Of a DNA stretch of 64,000 nt, positions 37,314 to 49,628 are shown piece after piece. Origin of the DNA: Felis catus (taxonomy: Eukaryota); NCBI RefSeq assembly GCF_018350175.1, contig NC_058383.1:14820001-14884000 (forward strand), in the 5' to 3' direction. The position numbers and the translations under genes are program-made. The notes under the pieces were generated by a model. It saw only the letters and a program-made list of their open reading frames with translations, was not told the origin of the DNA and ran no database searches. Every line of letters begins with the position of its first letter. The stretch's first letter is position 1.

Positions 37314-37920
37314 TGTACAGTTAGGGTTCTCCAGAGAAACGGAAGCAATGGGATGCTTACATAGAATATATATACATCATGAGAGAGATTTATTATATTT
37401 ATATGTACAAGGAGATTTATATCTCCCTCTATAGACAGACATATAAAAAGATTTATTATAAGGAATTGGCTCATGCCATTACGGAGGCTCGAGAAGTATC
37501 AAGATCTGCATTTAATCAACTGGAGTCCCAAAGGAACTGATGTTATAGTTTCTATCCAAGTCCAAAGGCCTGAGAACCAAAAGAACCAATGATGTAGTTC
37601 CTGACCAAAAGCCAGCAGGCTCAAGACCCAAAAAGAGCTGATATTCCAGCTCGAGCCTGGAGGTAGACACACACTGCTATTTCAATTCCAGCAGCAAGCT
37701 GGAGGAGGTCTCCCTTCCTGATGAGAGAGCCAGCCTTTTTGTGCTCTTCAGGTCTTTAACTGACTGAATAAGGCCCACCCACATTAGGGAGGGCAGTACG
37801 CTTTACTCAGCCTACTGATTCAAATATAATCTCATCCAAAGACACCCTCAACAGGCACCCCCCAAAATATCTGGTCGCCCTGTGGCCCAGACAAGTTGCC
37901 ACATACAATTAGCCATGATA
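37314..37920 (-). mobile_element. MLT2-family LTR (5' LTR of the ERV-L)
   Basis: tgtacagttagggttctccagagaaac...gatttattataaggaattggctcatg...caagttgccacatacaattagccatgata. Directly followed on the minus strand by a decayed PBS/leader (gataccaaagatggttctagagg). Confidence 0.9.
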
Positions 37921-39136
37921 AGTAGGAATAAAGACAAGCAGGTTGGAAGGTGAACAACTCGCACCGGAAACATCCCACACTTTAGTTCAGCCGGAGCAGA
38001 TCCTCATCTTTAGAATAACTTGGAGCTCTACCATTTTATTATGGTCTTTTGTCTTCTTGTTGAACCTGTGCCGTAACAGTCCACAGCCCACCTCGAAGGG
38101 GAATGGCTACAGAGAAAGTACAGAGGAAGTACTCACGGATCTTTCCAGGGCACAGGGCAGAAGCACTTACGGCCAAAAGAGAGGAGCACGCCCAGGTGCG
38201 GTGTCAGGAGGAGAGGAAAGAAATGCCCACCATCCATAAAGCCAATTCATCCATTCCATGAATACCTCCTGAGCACCTACAAACAGAGCCAGGCTCCGCT
38301 CCAGGCTAGTACGTGATCAAGCTCAGTGGAAGTCCTCAGGGATGGAAAGCTTAAGGTGGCTGACAACCTCCCTGTGAAGCACAAACCTGTAGCAGCCTTC
38401 GTGTCCAACTAAAGCAGAAATGGTTCTGAGCTAGGTCTCTCCAGCTGTCACTCCTTTCTCCAGGACGGCAAGGAAGACGGCATCAGGCAGCTGCCCCTGG
38501 AAAACTGTTTGCTATGCCTTGGAAAGTTCTTATTTGCAGAGCCAGGCCATTTCCAGATGGGGTGAAGGATGCTTCAAGGTCCCTGCCGTGGGCCAGGATC
38601 CTGGGCCGGCCGGAGGTGGAGAAAAGTTTAGGACATACCTTCAAAGTCTCCAGCTCCTCCCTCACTTTCTCCCTACTCCCAGCCCTCTTTCCTGCCATCC
38701 CCCCCCCCCCCCCCCGCAAAGAAGTCTTGTCCTCCCTGGAAAAATCTCTAGGGGGGGGTGTGTTTGTGCACATGTGCGCACGTGCATGCACATGTGTGTG
38801 TGTGTGCGCGCCAGATCTCACACAGATAGGAAAAACGACACCAATGAAATAAGAGAGTACCCACTGTGTTTGCATCGGACTATCTTGCACCCAGGGACAG
38901 GCACAGGCAGGGAACCAAAGCCAGGGTTCTGCCGACTGCCTTCCAGAAACATGCTGTCCTCCCTATGCCCACTTACAGACTATCGGTAATGATCACTTAC
39001 AGACCCCTGGAAACCTCTAGGCTCCTGCTCCCCCAAAACTCTCTCCACCCGTCAAGTGCTGGGAGAGTAGGAGTCTTCCAGACTGTTTCCCAAATGAAGC
39101 GGTGCTGGGCCCACAGGTCTGTGTCTGGAAGGCACA

Positions 39137-39204
39137 GTTGCCATGGTAACCCTAGCTAATGAATAGGTATGTAAATGAGGGAAGAATTCTATTCATTATT
39201 AGCT
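39137..39204. promoter_or_regulatory. Candidate enhancer motif cluster: RFX X-box, octamer-like site, TAAT cores
   Basis: GTTGCCATGGTAAC at 39137-39150 and ATGTAAAT at 39169-39176, in apparently non-repetitive sequence. Motif match only. Confidence 0.45.
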
Positions 39205-39340
39205 GGAGGTGCTAAGTGCCTGCCCTTTCCGAGGCTTGGGGGGAGTGAGGCGCAGGCAGGCTGTTAGAGAAGCATTTGTTAAAGCAAAATTTTGGTGAAG
39301 TGTTTGTTTGCAGACCTCACCTTAAGAAATGATTCTTTTT

Positions 39341-39557
39341 GGGGGGCCCCCGCTGGTTAAGCGGCCCACTTCAGCTCTGGTCATGACCTCAGGGGTTTGT
39401 GAATTCAAGCCCTGCATCGGGCTCTGGGCTGACAGCTCGGAGCCCGGAGCCGGCTTGGGATTCTGGGTCTCCCTCTCTTCCTGCCCCTCCCCCTCTCATG
39501 CTCTGTCTCTCTCTCAAAAATAAATAAACATTAAAAAAAAATGTTTACAAAAAAAAA
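39341..39557 (+). mobile_element. Can-SINE with shortened head
   Basis: TSD aag(a/c)aatg(a/c)ttcttt. Confidence 0.93.
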
Positions 39558-40049
39558 GCAATGCTTCTTTAAGGTGGTAGCCTCATGAAGTGATTTTTAT
39601 CTGCGGCTCTCCAACCCCAACCTCCCGTCCCCGCCGAGAAGGAAACCGGGGTTCCACAAAAACACACGGAATAGGCCACCTGCACTTGTGCGCCTCAGGA
39701 AGAACCACAACACACATTCGTATCGCAAGCAGAGAGCCCCAGTTTTGGTCCACATCGGTAGTTTGTGTCATAAGTAAGGCTTGAAAGACTCCCCAGCTGT
39801 CCCAGAGCAGCCTAGCAGTGTCGGCTTAACCCTCCCCTGATTCCCCATTAAAATGCCCTGACAATCCATAAACAGACCAGAACTGGCAACAGCGATTCAC
39901 CCTGAGGACCAGAGGAAACAAACCAGAGCCCGGATCCGAGGACCGTCAGGCAAGAGGTGGACCCTCTGGGGGAGAACACTCCAGGGGCCATGAGAGCTGG
40001 AAGGAGACAGCCCCTCTCGCGCCGCAAAGAATTCTGCTCTGGCCTTTTG

Positions 40050-40165
40050 GGGAGACCTGGGGCAATTTACTTAATTTCTCGGTGCTTCCATTTTCTCATC
40101 CGGAAAATGAGAGCAGTAAAAGACCTACCTCACAAGGCTGTTGTGCGGATTAAACGAACTAAAGT
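40050..40165 (+). mobile_element. MIR SINE
   Basis: ggggcaatttacttaatttctcggtgcttccattttctcatccggaaaatgag. Confidence 0.75.
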
Positions 40166-40214
40166 AGGTAAAAAGAGTAGTTTCCCACTAGGAGGCAAAC
40201 TCCACACAGGCAGG

Positions 40215-40216
<2 letters not shown>

Positions 40217-40252
<36 letters not shown>
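40217..40252. repeat. (GT)18 microsatellite
   Basis: Direct read. Confidence 0.97.
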
Positions 40253-40253
<1 letters not shown>

Positions 40254-41742
40254 TGTCCCAGATCTGTGCCAAGTGCCTACAACAGGACAGGGAGCGTGGA
40301 GGGTGCTCAACCAACAGCTGGCAGTGGAATGAATGAAATGGCTGTTAACTGCGAATGTGGAGTGTGGAGGGGGTGAGGGGGGTAACAGGCAGCCTCCCCG
40401 GGGCATCTGGCTCGGGAGGAGAGATGTCAGCAGAGGGGTGACAAAGGGCCTGCTGGGGGTCTCCCGGGCAGGCAGGCGTCATGCACATTGTTTGCTCTGA
40501 TTTGGACAGAAAACAGGACAGGGGTACCAGGAACTGGAAAGATGCTCACTCAGACCAGCACTGGATGCGTTCTGACTTGCCTGGGGACAAGAGGAGAGCC
40601 TTGCTCAGTAGATCTGAGACACGATTAGCATGGGCTAAGGGCAATCCACGTAGCCTCTCATTTGGCAAATGGTCACTCGTTTCTCACTCGAGGACCAATT
40701 TATGGCGGTGGTCCTGTTCTATCTGTAGGATGGAAGAGAGGGGTTTCCCCTGAAAACATAATCTGCAGGAACAGCACACTCTGGAAATGAATTTTATGTC
40801 AGAAACCACAAGAAATGTTGAGAAAGAATCTACTTCATATTCTCAGAAACTCCTAGAAAATATCAGCTCTCAAAGACAAATGAAAAGAAGCTAGGAGATT
40901 GCCCTTTTGGCTGGGATGCAGAACGTCACAAGAGACCATCCTCCCCGCCTAATAACGAGAACAGGGGAGATAAGTCACAAATCGTCCTTCCTCCCTCTCA
41001 TCAGAGAGCTAAGGAATCAAAGACATCTACATGAACTGAACTGCAGAAAGTGAGGAGCCCTTCTGGGAGCGAAGAGAATCACAGCTCCTTTCACTCATGG
41101 CAGATGTGGGATGAAGGAGGAATCAGCCTAACTTCTCACACCCTTGTCACCGCTGTGACACTGCGGCAGAGCGTTCTGTCCCCATCAAGACTCCATCGCA
41201 TGGACCGTCCCTGAGTGAAGGCAGCGAGCAGGGCGAAGGCCGGGGGTAGGGCCGGAGGGCTGAGCGAAACCCCTCGGAGGCCCGCCAGGCTTCGCGGAGT
41301 GTCCGCACGTGCTCTCCAGTGACCGGAACAGGTGGCAGAATGGAGAGCTCCTAAAAACTCGGAAAAAATCCAGGGTGGAACCGGAGTGCGGAGACAAGTC
41401 CCCATTGAACAAAAAGCTGGCTGCCTCCGGAAAGCTTGGCGGCTCAGCTATGAAGCCTAAAGACATCTGCAGGGTCTTGTCAGCACTCAGATCGCAAGCC
41501 CTGGTGAACAGAAAGTCCTGACACCTCCCTCAAAATCTTTGAAGTCACTGTGAACTAAATCTAACTCAAGCTGTATCGAAGCCCCCGACCGGCTCAACCG
41601 CGGGTTACTATTGACTAAGACCCCGACACAAAGGCCTGGCTAAGAAGAGTCCTGCCAACTTCTCTGGGGGTAAGTTTTCTTTATTTCAGTCTTCTAGGTT
41701 CTTTTACACACAATATCTAGCATTCGATAAAAATCATGAGAA

Positions 41743-41970
41743 GGGGCTCCTGGGTGGCTCCGTGGGTCAACATCTGACTCTCGATCTTGGCTCAGGTCAT
41801 GATCCCAGGGTCGCAGGACCGAGTCCCACGCTGGGTTCTGCGCGGAGCGTGAAGCCTGCTTGATTTTCTCTCCCTCTGCTGCATTCCCGCTCATGCATGC
41901 GCACTCTCTCTCTCAAAATAAATAAATAAATAAACAAGTTAATTCATTAATTAATTAAAAATGAATAAAA
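41743..41970 (+). mobile_element. Can-SINE (older subtype)
   Basis: TSD taaaaat(c/t)atgagaa. Confidence 0.93.
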
Positions 41971-42229
41971 TAAAAATTATGAGAAAAAAAAAGAAGGTAT
42001 GACTGATAGTGCAGAGAGGAAAATTCAAGACGCACACCTAAGAGACAGCCCAGGTGTACTCATGGTCTGACTTTAAAATAACCATATAAATATGTTAAAA
42101 GATCTAGTGGTAAAGAGAGAAAATATGTGAACAAGTGGGGAATTTCCATAGAGACATGGGAACTACAAAGAAGACACAAATGAAAACGCTAAAAATAGAA
42201 AAAGAATAGACATGAAAAACTCATTGGAC

Positions 42230-42463
42230 GGGGCACCTGGGTGGCTCAGTTGGTTGAGCGTCTGACTTTGGCTCGTCGTGATCTCGCGGTTCGTGGGTTC
42301 ACGGGTCTGTGGGTTCACGGTTCTGTGCTGACAGCTCAGAGCCTAGAGCCTGCTTTGGATTCTGTGTCTCGCTCTTCTCTCTCTGCCCCTCCCCCACTCA
42401 TGCCCCGTCTCTCTCTGTCTCTCAAAAATGAATAAATGTAAAAAAGGAAAAAAAAAAAAAAAA
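42230..42463 (+). mobile_element. Can-SINE with internal duplication
   Basis: TSD ctcattgga. gtgggttcacgg is repeated. Confidence 0.93.
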
Positions 42464-43044
42464 ACCTCATTGGATGGGCTTAAAAGCAGACGGGACCAGG
42501 CAAATAAAAGGATCTGTCCATAAAAAAGTATCTGCTGAAACAGGCACACACAAAGGGGAGTGGAAAAAAATCGAAGCACAGCACTGACGATTTGACAAAC
42601 AGTATCAAATGGGATAACAAGCGCATCACTGGGCGTGCCAGAGAAAAGATAGGGAATAAAAAAGAAGACATAGTCCAAGTGATAATGACCATGGATGTAC
42701 CAGAATCGATGAAAGATATCAACCCACAGTCCAAGCAGCTTGACGCACATCAGTGACATCGAATGCAAAGAAAATCACGCCCGGGCACAGCATCAACTGC
42801 CGAAAACTTGCAAAAAAATCTTCAAAACAGCCAAAGGAGAAGACACAGCAGCTGACAAAAGGTAGCCACGGTAGAAATAACTGTGAATGTCTCATCAGGA
42901 ACAATGGAGGCCAGAAGATAATAAAATGATATGTTCCAAATACCAAAGAGGCCCCCAAACTTTAATCTGGAATTGTCTATTTTTTACATATCATCTAAAT
43001 GTGAAGATAAAATAAAGGCATTTTCTTCAAGCAGATAGTGATCA

Positions 43045-43525
43045 CCAATGTTCACTCCAGCATATTCACAGAAGCCAAAAAGTAGAAATAACCCAAACGT
43101 CCACCAACAGATAAATGGATAAACAGAATGTGCCACAGACATACGATGGAATATTATTCAGCCATCAAAAGGCATGAAGTTCTGATTCCTCCTACAACAC
43201 ATGAAACTTGAAAACGTTAAGCTAACTCAAATAGGCCAACCACCAAAGGGCAAATATTGTATGATTCTACATAGATCTAGAATAGGCAAATTCATTGAGA
43301 CAGCAAATTATAAGTTACCAGAGGTTGGGGTAATATGAAAGTATTGCTTAATAGTTATAGAGTTTCTGTTTAGGATGATGGAAAAGTTTTGGAAATAGAC
43401 AGCGGTGACAGTTGTTGACATCATGAATGTACCTAATGCCACTGCATTCTCCCCTGAAAAGTGCTTAAAGTGGTGAATTTTACAGTATATGTATTTTATC
43501 ACCATAAAAGAGACAAAAATGGAAA
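43045..43525 (+). mobile_element. L1 3' end (L1MB-like) nested in older L1
   Basis: aacccaaacgtccaccaacagataaatggataaac, gaatattattcagccat and aatgtacctaatgccactg. Confidence 0.8.
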
Positions 43526-45672
43526 AAAAGGGCATTTTGTTAGCGAAATGCTGAGAGTATTCTTCTCTGATAGAAATGCAGTGGAAGAAATGCTAAAAGG
43601 ACGTCTTTAGGCTGAAAGGAAATTAAGCCAGAAGAAAGCTCAGGTATGCAAGAAGGAAGAAGCAGCAGAAAAGGTAAAATGATAATAAATACAATAAAGT
43701 ATATGGGGAAGCAAATACATGGCAATGTCCATTTATATGTTGTAAGATTCTTACATTGCTCATGAAGTAGCATAAGATTATTGGAAGAAATAATGTAAGT
43801 TATTGCATATTGTAATCTCTAGAGTGACCACTAACTACACATATACAAAGTAAAATAATAAAATGGTAAGAGAGACCAAATAGAATGACTGAAGCCCCCT
43901 CTTTTCAACTGAGAGAAGGCAGGAAAGGAAAAAGAGAACACAGAATACATGATTCTAACAGAAAACATGTATCAATATGGCTGACTTACACCGAATCTTA
44001 CCAACAACTACATAGATCGTAGATAGACGCTAAGAAGATCGGTTGGCTGGATAAAAAAGAGACCGGTTATTTGCAGCTTATAATAAATACAAAGACAGTA
44101 ACAAGTGGAAAGTAAGACAGTTGAAGAAGTAAGCCATATATATGCTTAGCAATGTCACCAAAGACTTCAAGACAAAGAGTGTTATCCAACATTTCATTAA
44201 AGGCTTACAGAGAAATGTATAAAGAAAACACTTTATGAAGAAAGTATCACAATTTTTAACGTGCGTGCGTCTCGTAAGAGAGCATCAAAATACACGCACC
44301 AAAGTTGTGGAACTAAAGGGAGAAATCACCAAGCCCGCACAGTTGGGAGAACTATGGACGGAACTGACATTTATAGACCACTACACCCATAACACAAAAT
44401 ACACACTCTTTTCGAGTGCACAGAGAACCAAATGCTGGGCCATAAAACAAGACCTGGCAAATGTCAAAGGACCAAATTCATTCAAGATACGCCTTCTGAT
44501 GGCAATGGTAATGAAATGGTAACCACAACATACCTCGCCGATATTTGATAATGACAGTAAGATTTCTATACAATCTCTATTATTTAGAAACTAAGCACGG
44601 TGTTTCTAACCAGCCTAGGAGTCAAAGTCAAGAAAAATGCACAAGAGCATTAGAAAATAGTACACTGACCAGGAGGAAAGCAACGCACTGTGACCTGTGG
44701 AGTGAGAAGCACCTTGAATGCCTGGAGAAGACAATGCAGCGTTCTTTATGCAGCCCTGGAAAAGTAGGCGTGGCTTCCTGTCTCCCTGTTCCTCTTTTCT
44801 CCCAAGACGCATCCCGACCATGCAGCCCCACACCCACGCATACTGGTCATTACAAGAATGCTGGGAAAATAGAGGAGAGAAAAGAGGTGAGGATGCTTTC
44901 CAAACTTTAAAATACTCTGCAGAAGTAAATAATGCATGTATTTAATGTGCTGTTGCCACTCATATTATTACAACACTCCAGGATTTATCTTGTCTGGGTG
45001 GCAGCAGCAGGGAGTGGGGGCCAAAAAGGCTGGAAGTAGAATCCCAGCCCCATTATCTACCAGCTGTGTGGCTTCTTGGGCAACAGAAACTCATCTGGCT
45101 CTTGGCTTTCTCATCTGTAAAATGGGTACATGCTGCCTTCCTTACCACGTGCAAGAAGCTAGCCATCAATGTTAGTCTGTCTCACTTCTTCTGTCCTATT
45201 CAAACCAGGCCCAATTCCCTGACATGTAATAATGTTTACTATATATTTTTTAAAGGATTTATAGAACGTGGCTGAAGGCTTTAAACAGACTTGTATTAAA
45301 AAAGAGGTTTAAAATCAATGATCTGAACTTTCACTCTAACAAGTTAGGCAAAGAAGAACAAATTAAATAGGGGTAACTTGAAAAAAATAATAAAAAATTA
45401 AGGCAGAAATCAATGAAATAAAAACCAGCAATAGAATTATCAAAGTCGAAGCTAGTTTTAAAATTTATTAAGAAAATTGATGGCTGATGAAGGGAAAATG
45501 GAGTGAAAGCAATTAACAATATTAGGAATCAAAGATCCTACGGACATTAAAGGAATAATCTCGAAATATTAAGAAAAACTTGGGTCAAAACACTGATAAT
45601 TTACTAAAATGAACAAATTTCTTAAAATACAAAAGTGACCAAAAATAATGCAAAAAAGAAATAGGAAATCGA

Positions 45673-45882
45673 GGGGCACCTGGGTGGCTCCGTCAGTTAA
45701 ATGTCTGACTCTGGATTTCCGCTCAAGTCATGCTCTCGCCGATTGTGAGATCCAGCCCCGGGTTGGGCTCTGTGCTGACAGCAGGAAGCGTGCTTGGGAT
45801 TCTCTCTCACTCCACCCCTCCCACACTCGCTCTCTCGCTCTCTCTCTCTCTCTCAAAATAAATAAATAAACATTAAAAAAAA
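45673..45882 (+). mobile_element. Can-SINE
   Basis: TSD aaatag(g/a)aaatc. Confidence 0.94.
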
Positions 45883-47117
45883 TAGAAAATCAAAATAGCT
45901 CTATGATTTCAAAGAAAGAATTTTATAATCAGTTTCCCATAGAGAAAGATGAATAGGTCTATGATAAAGCATTCAGCATTATAAGATCAGTGTCATGAGT
46001 ATATAGGCGTTGACTTCATTCAACTTTTTTCCATGACTGAAAATTTTTATGATATAACATTAGAGAAAAAAAATCCTTCTAACAAAGAAAATTCCAGGTC
46101 CAGGTGGCTTCAAATAAACATTTAAGGAAGAAAAATGCCAATCCTACAGAATTCTTTCAGAATATAGATGAGGGGTAAAAAACACTAACCAATTCATTTT
46201 AGGAAGCCAGCATAAACCTGATACGAAACCTTGACAAGGACATTTTATAAGAAAATCACAGATCAATATACCTGATGAACACAGATGCAATAATCCTTAA
46301 CTAAATAATGAGCAAATCAAATCTAGCAGTACCTGAAAAGGAAAATACAAACTGACAAAGTATGGTGTAATTGTAGGAATATGAGGTTTGTTCAACGTGT
46401 GAAAATATATCAATGTAATTTACCACACTGGCAGAACATGAGGAAAAAATGATCGTTTTAACAGATGCAGAAACAGTATTTGAAAGAATTCAATACCTAT
46501 CCAAGATGAAAACTTTCAGTCATCGCAAGTAGAGAGAACGTATTTAATCTGTTGAAAGCATCTTCGAAAAGCCTACAGCTAACTACATGCTACGTGGTGG
46601 AAGATTTTCCCTGAGATCAAGAAAGAAATAAAAGCGTCTCCTCGTATCACTTCAATTAATCCTAGCTGGTGCAATAAGGCAAGAAAAGAAATATAAAAGG
46701 CATAAAACTTTGAAGGAAAGAATTGAAACTGTCAGAGACATCTTTGAGTCTGTAGAAAATCCTGTAGAAGCTATTAAAAACTCGTAGAACTGGCAAGATA
46801 AAAGACTGTAAAATCAATTGAAAAAGCAACAATTGTTCTCTACATAATAGTAGCAGATAATCTAAAAGTGAGATTTAAAAACAATGCAATTTACAATGGC
46901 ATCAAAAATCACCCAGAGCCTAGGAATAAACCAAGTCATCCACAATGAAACATACAAAAACACGATGAGAGCCAAAGAAGGAATGAAGAAACATACCCTT
47001 TGTAAAACACAAGTCAACTGTTGTTAGTATGTCTGTTCTGTTAACATGTGTCTACAGTTTTAACACAATTGGAATACAAACCCCAGATAGTTTTGTTGAT
47101 AAAATTGACAAGCTGAC

Positions 47118-47220
47118 TTTTATTTTTTATTTTTTTAAATGTTTATTTATTTTGAGTGGGGGGGGGTGTAGAGAGAAAGTGAGTACATACAAATGGGAGA
47201 GGGGCTGAGAGAGAGAGACA

Positions 47221-47260
<40 letters not shown>

Positions 47261-47387
47261 ATCCCAAGCAGGTTCTGCACTGTGAGCACAGAGCTCCACT
47301 TGGGGCTTGATCTCGTGAACCATGAGATCATGATCTAAGCTGAAATCCAAAGTTGGAGGCTTAACCGACTGAGCCACCCAGGCACCC
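47118..47387 (-). mobile_element. Can-SINE with expanded (GA)n
   Basis: TSD tgac(a/g)agctga. Confidence 0.94.
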
Positions 47388-47827
47388 TGACGAGCTGATT
47401 TTTTTAACTCTGTGTGGAACCATAAAGGATCTAGAATAACCATAACAATTTGGGAAAAATGAACGGTTTCAGGACCTATACTTCCTGATTTCGAGAGAGC
47501 ATAATACTATAGGATTCAGCACAATATGATGTTACTGTACACAAAGGAGGAAATCGATCAAAAGAACAGAGAATCCAGAAACTGTCACAATCCAGAAACA
47601 ATCAATATCCAACCAAGGTTTCAGGTCAATTCAAAGAAGAAACAAAAGTCTTTCACAAACTGTGCTTAGAATAACCAAAAACTAATGCAAACAGAATCTC
47701 AACTTGTACCTTCCTCCAGCCACTAAAACTAATTTCATGTGGATCACAGACCTCAATGTGAAAGCCAGAACCATCAATCTTCTAGATGAAAACATAATCA
47801 AGAATTTCTATAATACTGATACAGGCA

Positions 47828-48038
47828 GGGGCCCCTGGGTGACTCATTCAGTTGAACATTTGACTCTTGATTTGGGCTCAGGTCATGATCTCACAGTCGT
47901 GGAATCGAGTCCCACATCGGGCTCTGCACTGACAGCACAAAGCCTGCTTGGGATTCTCTCTCTCCCTCTCTCTCTCTCTGCCCCTCCCCTGCTCACAGCC
48001 CCTCTCTCTCTCAAATAAAGAAATAAACTTAAAAAAAA
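47828..48038 (+). mobile_element. Can-SINE
   Basis: TSD tgat(a/g)caggc. Confidence 0.94.
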
Positions 48039-49374
48039 CCCAAAACATTGATGCAGGCTAATTTTTTTTTTAGATGGGAATCAAAAAGCACTGAACTCCA
48101 AAGGAAAAAAAAAGTGATAAATTGGCTTTAATCAAACTTAAAATGTCTGCTAATCAAAAGACACTATTAAGAAACGAATACATAAGCCACAGAAGTAGGA
48201 ACAAATATTTATCAAGGAATTATTTTGTTCAAATCTTACAGTGGGGTATGAGTTACACTGCTGTATGTAACTGTCAAAACTCATCAAACTGATCACTCAA
48301 GAACTGTGCCTTCTATAGTATTTGAATTGTGAATCAATTAAAAAACAGAGATCTGTTGAGAACAGGCTGCGATGAAAAGGAAGCTGGGGAAATGATTAAA
48401 AAAAATACAACAAAACTAGAAAACACTACAAGAAAAAAATACAAATAAAATAAAAACTCCTAGCAGAATTAGAATCTACAATGTAAACCCCCGGTCCCAA
48501 AACTGAACTAATCTCACTGCTAATCAAGATGGTGATAACGATTCTTGGAGGAAAAAATACATATTTGCAAGGAAGATCATCTGGAAATCCTATTAAGATA
48601 AAAGAAATAAAACAAGCATATGTGCAATTATCACAAAGATGATATATTTACAGAATTAAAAGACAATAAAATATGAAGAATGACAAGCAGACATTATATT
48701 AACACATTTGAAATCCAAAAGAAATGGGTAATTTCTGGGAACGAAATCAAATTTACTAAAGAAAAGGATCATTTGAATAGGTTCATAAATATGATATAAA
48801 CTAAATACTGGTAAAGAACCATGCAAGACTGTTTTATGCTTACATGACTTTGTAGGAATGCGTTCAAATATTCAAAACTGATTATTTTATAACCTCTTCC
48901 AGCGCATAAAAAGATGGAAAACTCCCAAATACCTTTATGAAACCAGCAAAAACTCTGATACAAAACCCTGCCAAATGGAAAGGAAGGGCAACACATCAAT
49001 TATTTTTTATGGATGTAGATGCAAAAACCTAAATAAAAAACAAAACACAGCTAGTCAAACACAATAGGATATTGAGAGAGAAACTCATTTTAAGGAAGAA
49101 GGAATCTTCCTGAACCGCAGGCGTTTTTTTAATTTTAGTAAATCCAATTAAATAATATATATCATCAACAGGCAAAATAATAAAAACTATGGATTATCTC
49201 AGTAGATGCCAAAAAGAAACTGAGTAGCTACTACTAATTTAAAGAAAAAAAGGTAAGCCAAAAATAGGATGTTGCCCTACCATTATAACTAATATCCATC
49301 CCAAACGGCAATCAAGGCCATTTGCAAGTTTAAGTTCAACTCTGGGGACATTTCCATTAAAAACAGAAACCAGA

Positions 49375-49628
49375 GGGGCACCTGGGTGGCTCAGTTGGTC
49401 AGCATCTGACTTCGGTTCAGGTCACGATCTCGTGGACAGTGAGTTGTGTGTGGACAGTGAGCCCTGTGTCGGGCTCTATGCTGACAGCTCAGAGCCTGGA
49501 GCCTGCTTTGGATTCTGTGTCTCCCTGTCTCTCTGCCCCTCCCCCGCTCACACTTCATCTGTCTGTCTGTCTCTCTCTCTCTCAAAAATACACCTTAACA
49601 ACAACAACAAAAAAAAAAACAATGAAAA
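49375..49628 (+). mobile_element. Can-SINE with internal duplication
   Basis: TSD aaacagaaac. gtggacagtgag is repeated. Confidence 0.93.

Larger units (their letters stand above)
41990..48345 (+). mobile_element. Long fragmented ancient L1 (ORF1, EN, RT, C-terminus), with nested younger elements
   Basis: Ordered L1-like motifs: ORF1 near 42500-43000, EN near 43950-44700, ccaggtccaggtggcttc at 46094, acagatgcagaaacagtatttga at 46461 and ggatcacagacctcaatgtgaaag at 47741. Confidence 0.65.
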
